Positions 59,800-64,000 of a stretch of DNA of 64,000 nt are shown one piece after another; the first letter of the stretch is position 1, and each line of letters begins with the position of its first letter. Made by a program: the position numbers and the translations under genes. Source of the stretch: Isurus oxyrinchus (taxonomy: Eukaryota); the NCBI GenBank assembly GCA_026770705.1, contig JANJGN010000065.1, positions 1,922,001-1,986,000 on the forward strand. The letters run 5' to 3'. The notes beneath the pieces were generated by a model. It searched no databases, was not told the DNA's origin, and saw nothing but the letters and a program-made list of their open reading frames with translations.

Positions 59800-62150
59800 A
59801 GTTGGTGGAACTTAAACTCCTCTTCAGCTTAGAAATTTTACAGCATTCTGGATGCAATACTTTCTTATCAAAAACTGGCATATGTTATTGCCAAGACCCG
59901 GTCGTGTCTGGTTATCATGTTTATGATTTCGGAGAGTGTTGGCCAATATACCACTATGACACCTGCTCTCGTCCGATACTTTCTTAGTTTAATACTATCA
60001 TTACCACTCCGTTTGCATGATTTCCCATGACATCTTTGTGTTTTTTTAAAAAATTCCTCCTCACAAACCCAATCTTGTCCTGCCTTTCTTCTCCACGTGA
60101 CCTTCCGCCATTTTTCTGCGGCATAAAATATATGAGTGTTCAACTGCACATTTCTGAAAAGGCCTCAGTTAGATCTGCACACGATAGCACTTTTCTGTCG
60201 CTACAAATTCTGTCAGATCTGCTGGGTTTTTCAGCACCCCCTCTTTTTTTTAATTTTAGGTCGGCACCATGCACCGTGGTTTATTTTTATAATGTTATAT
60301 TATAGTTTTAGGCACGTGTGAAATACCTTCTTTGATAACTGCTACGTTGTCATTCTCGCTTTCCAACTTAACTTAAATTCTGATTTCACTCTTGACAATT
60401 ATCCCTTCATACCGTTGTGACATTTTTTTTAAGTTCAAGACTTTGTAGGTCCTCTATTTTCCACTTCAAAACAAATGGGAATTTATATAATTTTATGGTC
60501 AATCTTGTCGGAAGTATACGTAATCGTGAGATCCATTCCTTCTCATTACCTCTGACATCTGTGCTTTTGTCCAGAAGGCATCGTTCTCAGTAATTATTGA
60601 ATATGCATTCTCGGTACTCCCACTCTAGTTGACTATTGACATGTCAATTCCCCCCAGCTTTGGAATATTCAAACAGCTACTGGAATATATTTGTATAAGT
60701 TCTTACGATAATGGTGATGGTGATGGTAATGATGATGATGATTAGTGTTATTATTATCATCATTAATACTTGTAGTTGTTAATATTACTATCATAATTTT
60801 GATCTAACATCTGTCCTCTAGTGTAGCTAGTGTTAGAGGGGTGAGAAACAAATTTGAACATTGACATACTTTTTCCCGAAACTTGTTATTCCAAAATAAT
60901 GCCCGAGCTACAATTTCTGAGCCAAGATTATTTCTTACTCCATAATTGATCTCATAATCTATTAGCTATCACATTTTACGTTATTTTGCTCCTATCATTA
61001 TGAAATGGCAAATGCCCATGGAAAACTAATTCCAGCTTCGTAACTTTGGCTCCACGTTTATGCAGTGACGTCCCTGTCATAGCTTTCTATTTTCATTTGT
61101 GTCCATCTGGACCGAACGTGATTCAAGCAAAGCGTGACATAACAGTGCCGCGTTTATTTTCGAATTGTGGTTCTAGGACAACACGAATCAAAAACTAGTT
61201 CTCCAATGCGAATCTTTGAACATTTCTCTCTCTCATGTTATTTACCCGACGCCAAGTTTCTAGATGCTGAGGCAGTAATGCGCTGGTCGTTATGTTTGTG
61301 ATCATTTTTTTTTCTTTTGGGACTCATGGACTCTGTTGTACAAGTAGCATCTATCCACCCACCTGTACAATGGCCAGATCAATAAAATTTCCTTTCAATA
61401 TCCCTCACTTGGATTCTCTCTTGAATCACGGCTCATCCGTTAGGTAATTTCAGTTCTCATTGATACAAATTGCAAGAACCTCAATTCTACATGATAAATC
61501 TAAGGGTTTAGGAGCATCCAATGCTACCTTTCTGACCCCCAGGTCTCCCTCATTCTGAGTCACACACTCTCCTGCCCTTGTCCACAGGACAATTGTGAAC
61601 TACCTTACCTAAGTAACGTTTTTTCCTCGTAGAACAATACATACAGGTGACTCCCTAAGACACCGAAGTTTCACAAACTCGGATTCCAGCTCATGAAACC
61701 TGAACCATATTTTCTGTAGCGGCTGGAATCTCCTGCACATGTAGTTGCTGTGGATGACACTGCTGTCTACCAGCTCCCGCGCGTGACAACAATAACCCAT
61801 CACTTGCATTGCATCTCCGTTGTATTCTGTTTAATTACTTAGAATGAACAACTTAAAAATATCACTCAGTGATACACTGCAATAATATTATATAGTTTAA
61901 CGAGCTTAACTGTAAACGTAATACACCAATTTAATACTGTTTCAGAATAAACTACAGTCCTGGTTGACAGTGAAAATGAATTCATGAAACTCGCCAGCCA
62001 AACACCACTTGAATAACATTTATTGTGCTGGAAATTGACTCTCAGGCTTCGCTGCCTCTTGCTTAACAATCCACCTGAAGCTTGTTTTGTAAAAGATGGC
62101 AATGGAACTTTCTACCTTCCTGTTGCAGATAACCCGACACAACAAATATC
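59800..62150 (-). mobile_element. Old CR1 LINE 5' part (ORF1 zinc-finger/leucine-zipper and ORF2 endonuclease remnants)
   Basis: ORF 61609-61809, MQVMGYCCHARELVDSSVIHSNYMCRRFQPLQKIWFRFHELESEFVKLRCLRE, has the CR1 ORF1 N-terminal CxxC..CxxC plus zipper layout. GDFN-like remnant at about 60620-60655. Confidence 0.6.
60712..60770. repeat. (GAT)n/(ATT)n trinucleotide microsatellite
   Basis: atggtgatggtgatggtaatgatgatgatgattagtgttattattatcatcatt. Confidence 0.85.
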
Positions 62151-62299
62151 CCTGTTCAGTAATCTGTTGAAGATGTATTATGTGGTGCTGGGCTCCATGC
62201 GACCCTCTTCAACCCATGTTTTAAAAAGACCCTAATGTCAGGAATTATTGGCGTGGTTTCCCTTCAGCCATTGGAAGAGCCACTATCTCTGCAATACTT

Positions 62300-63700
62300 C
62301 CTTCACTTCAGCAATTTAACGCTCCAACAAAATATAATTGGCTTCTGGTGGGACACCTGCCCCTCGGATGGCAGAAGGACCGACCTAAAGACTGCCAGCA
62401 AATCTCAATGATCGGCAGATCTCTAGATCGTGAAGTGCCTAAAACTGCAGTGTACAGAATTGGGTCTGCAAGCAGCTCCCAGCGGCTAATGCCAGCATTT
62501 TTAAGATGGTATGGGTTATCTCCCTCTCCCCCATCCCTCACCCCCCGTCCGATGAGTCAGCGGGGAACATACCTGTGCGACAACTGTCTGCTTGCCAGCG
62601 AATTATTGCTCCAACAAACAATAATTAGCTGCATGTTTGGCTTCTTCAACTCACTTGGGAGGATGTCCTGCATTAATGAGCTGCTAACAAATCTGATTGC
62701 CTGACAGCTCCCTAGTCCCTGCAGTGCCAGCAGCTGCAGTGACCAGAGCTGGTAATACCTGGGGTTCAGGAATAGGTAATATACAGGGGTAGCAAGGAGG
62801 CGGGTTTATTGGAGGCCAGGGTTGAGTGGACAGTAGGGCATTGAATTGACGGGGAGAGACCGGAAGGAGGGATTAAGGGAAAGCCAGCAGTTTCGGGTCT
62901 GAACGGGGGAGGAGCTAAGTTAGTAGGCGGCTTCTGGTGGAAGACAACCCTCACTTGTCGCCTGAGGCGTAAAGGCCATTATGTTCGAAATTAACTACAG
63001 CTGGGAACTCCTCCTGATACCTTACAAAATGAAGCAGGTTGGGGTGTGGCCATTAAGTGCACATATAATGGACATTTATGGGCATTAATTAAGGTATCTC
63101 TGGGCAGCCCGCTGAAAGTCCTGCCATCCCTGTGCAAAATTCCAGTGAGCCTACGGCTTGCAGGAACACAGCATGATGCACATCCATGGAATTTCTCCCT
63201 AGCCACTTTACTCCAAACACGTAATGGGGAAATGTACATTTCAGAAAAATGGAAAACGTACGCTTTCGAATTTCCAGGGTGGGGATCTCAGGTGATTCCT
63301 GAGGAGAGCAGCAGTGTTGGGATTCGGTGTCGGTTGATAGATGGGCCTGCATGAAACCACTTAATGATGGAAGCTTTCTAGCTGGAGGCCATATGTTGAT
63401 TGGTGGCTGCGCGTGCCCGCTCCCCCTTCACACATGAGGGCTGAAGAGGGAAATTTCCTGGCTCCTGAAATAAGCCTCAAAATTGAAACAACATAGAAAT
63501 CAACCCTTAAGTTGTCAATAATTGTCCACATATGGGCCTCAGTTGGGGAGGGGAGGTGCTCAACATCCGAGCATAAATGTATGGCAGGCAGGGTCCCCAG
63601 GGCAAGGCATCCTGGAATGCAATCAAACAGGCTTTTCAAGCTCCCCCTTTACCGCACACCACTCGTCCCCGACACACCCACTCCATCTCTTGGCGGGGAA
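62300..63700. mobile_element. GC-rich non-autonomous DNA-transposon-like remnants
   Basis: Shares ggccattaagtg / ggcattaattaagg / cccttaagttgtcaataattgtcca motifs with 25640-26336 and 21780-22430. Confidence 0.3.
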
Positions 63701-64000
63701 TTTGTGAATTATGTCTGATATTCAAATCAAAAGATAGCTGAAGCCAAAACCATGTTGACGTTTTGCTTGTTTGATGTGCCATTCATTCAATGTAGTCATC
63801 AACATCTCAAGCAAAATCATTCAGCACGATCTGTTGATAACACATTTGTAATGCTTTAGAATATGCAAATCACTTTTGTTCGATTGACAGTTAACTGTGA
63901 ACCAAATTATCCTTTCTGAGGCATTCCAACAATCAAGATTAAAATGAATGACCTGTAGCTTTGCACACTTTTTTGAAGGATGTAAGATTTGCCGTTCCCC

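Overview
Vertebrate, repeat-dominated genomic DNA. The repeat repertoire (CR1 LINEs, tRNA-derived SINEs, Penelope-like elements, Harbinger) and the GPCR type point to a cartilaginous fish; this is an inference. The window is part of a GPR139-like (rhodopsin-class orphan GPCR) cluster. (1) One two-exon gene on + (exon 1 9708-9774, exon 2 12309-13219, 325 aa) has an intact reading frame, but its expected splice donor reads GA instead of GT. (2) A decayed paralog on - (about 34875-46786) has its main exon split by a 10.9-kb Gmr1-like Gypsy LTR retrotransposon (35185-46046, integrase upstream of RT). (3) A paralogous intron remnant lies at about 705-2920. Nested in reverse inside the Gmr1-like element is a degenerate retrovirus-like provirus (about 36240-42205). 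It has an LTR, a tRNA-Asn-like PBS, Gag with PPxY and CCHC motifs, an in-frame UGA-CGG gag-pro junction, a YVDD-type RT, two RNase H domains and an integrase. Also present: a solo LTR with a 5-bp TSD, a degenerate two-gene Harbinger transposon (about 50.1-55.6 kb), several Penelope-like remnants whose pLTRs carry minimal hammerhead-ribozyme motifs, an ancient 18-bp minisatellite upstream of the GPCR, and an assembly gap. All calls come from reading and manual translation. Repeat boundaries are approximate unless terminal motifs are given.
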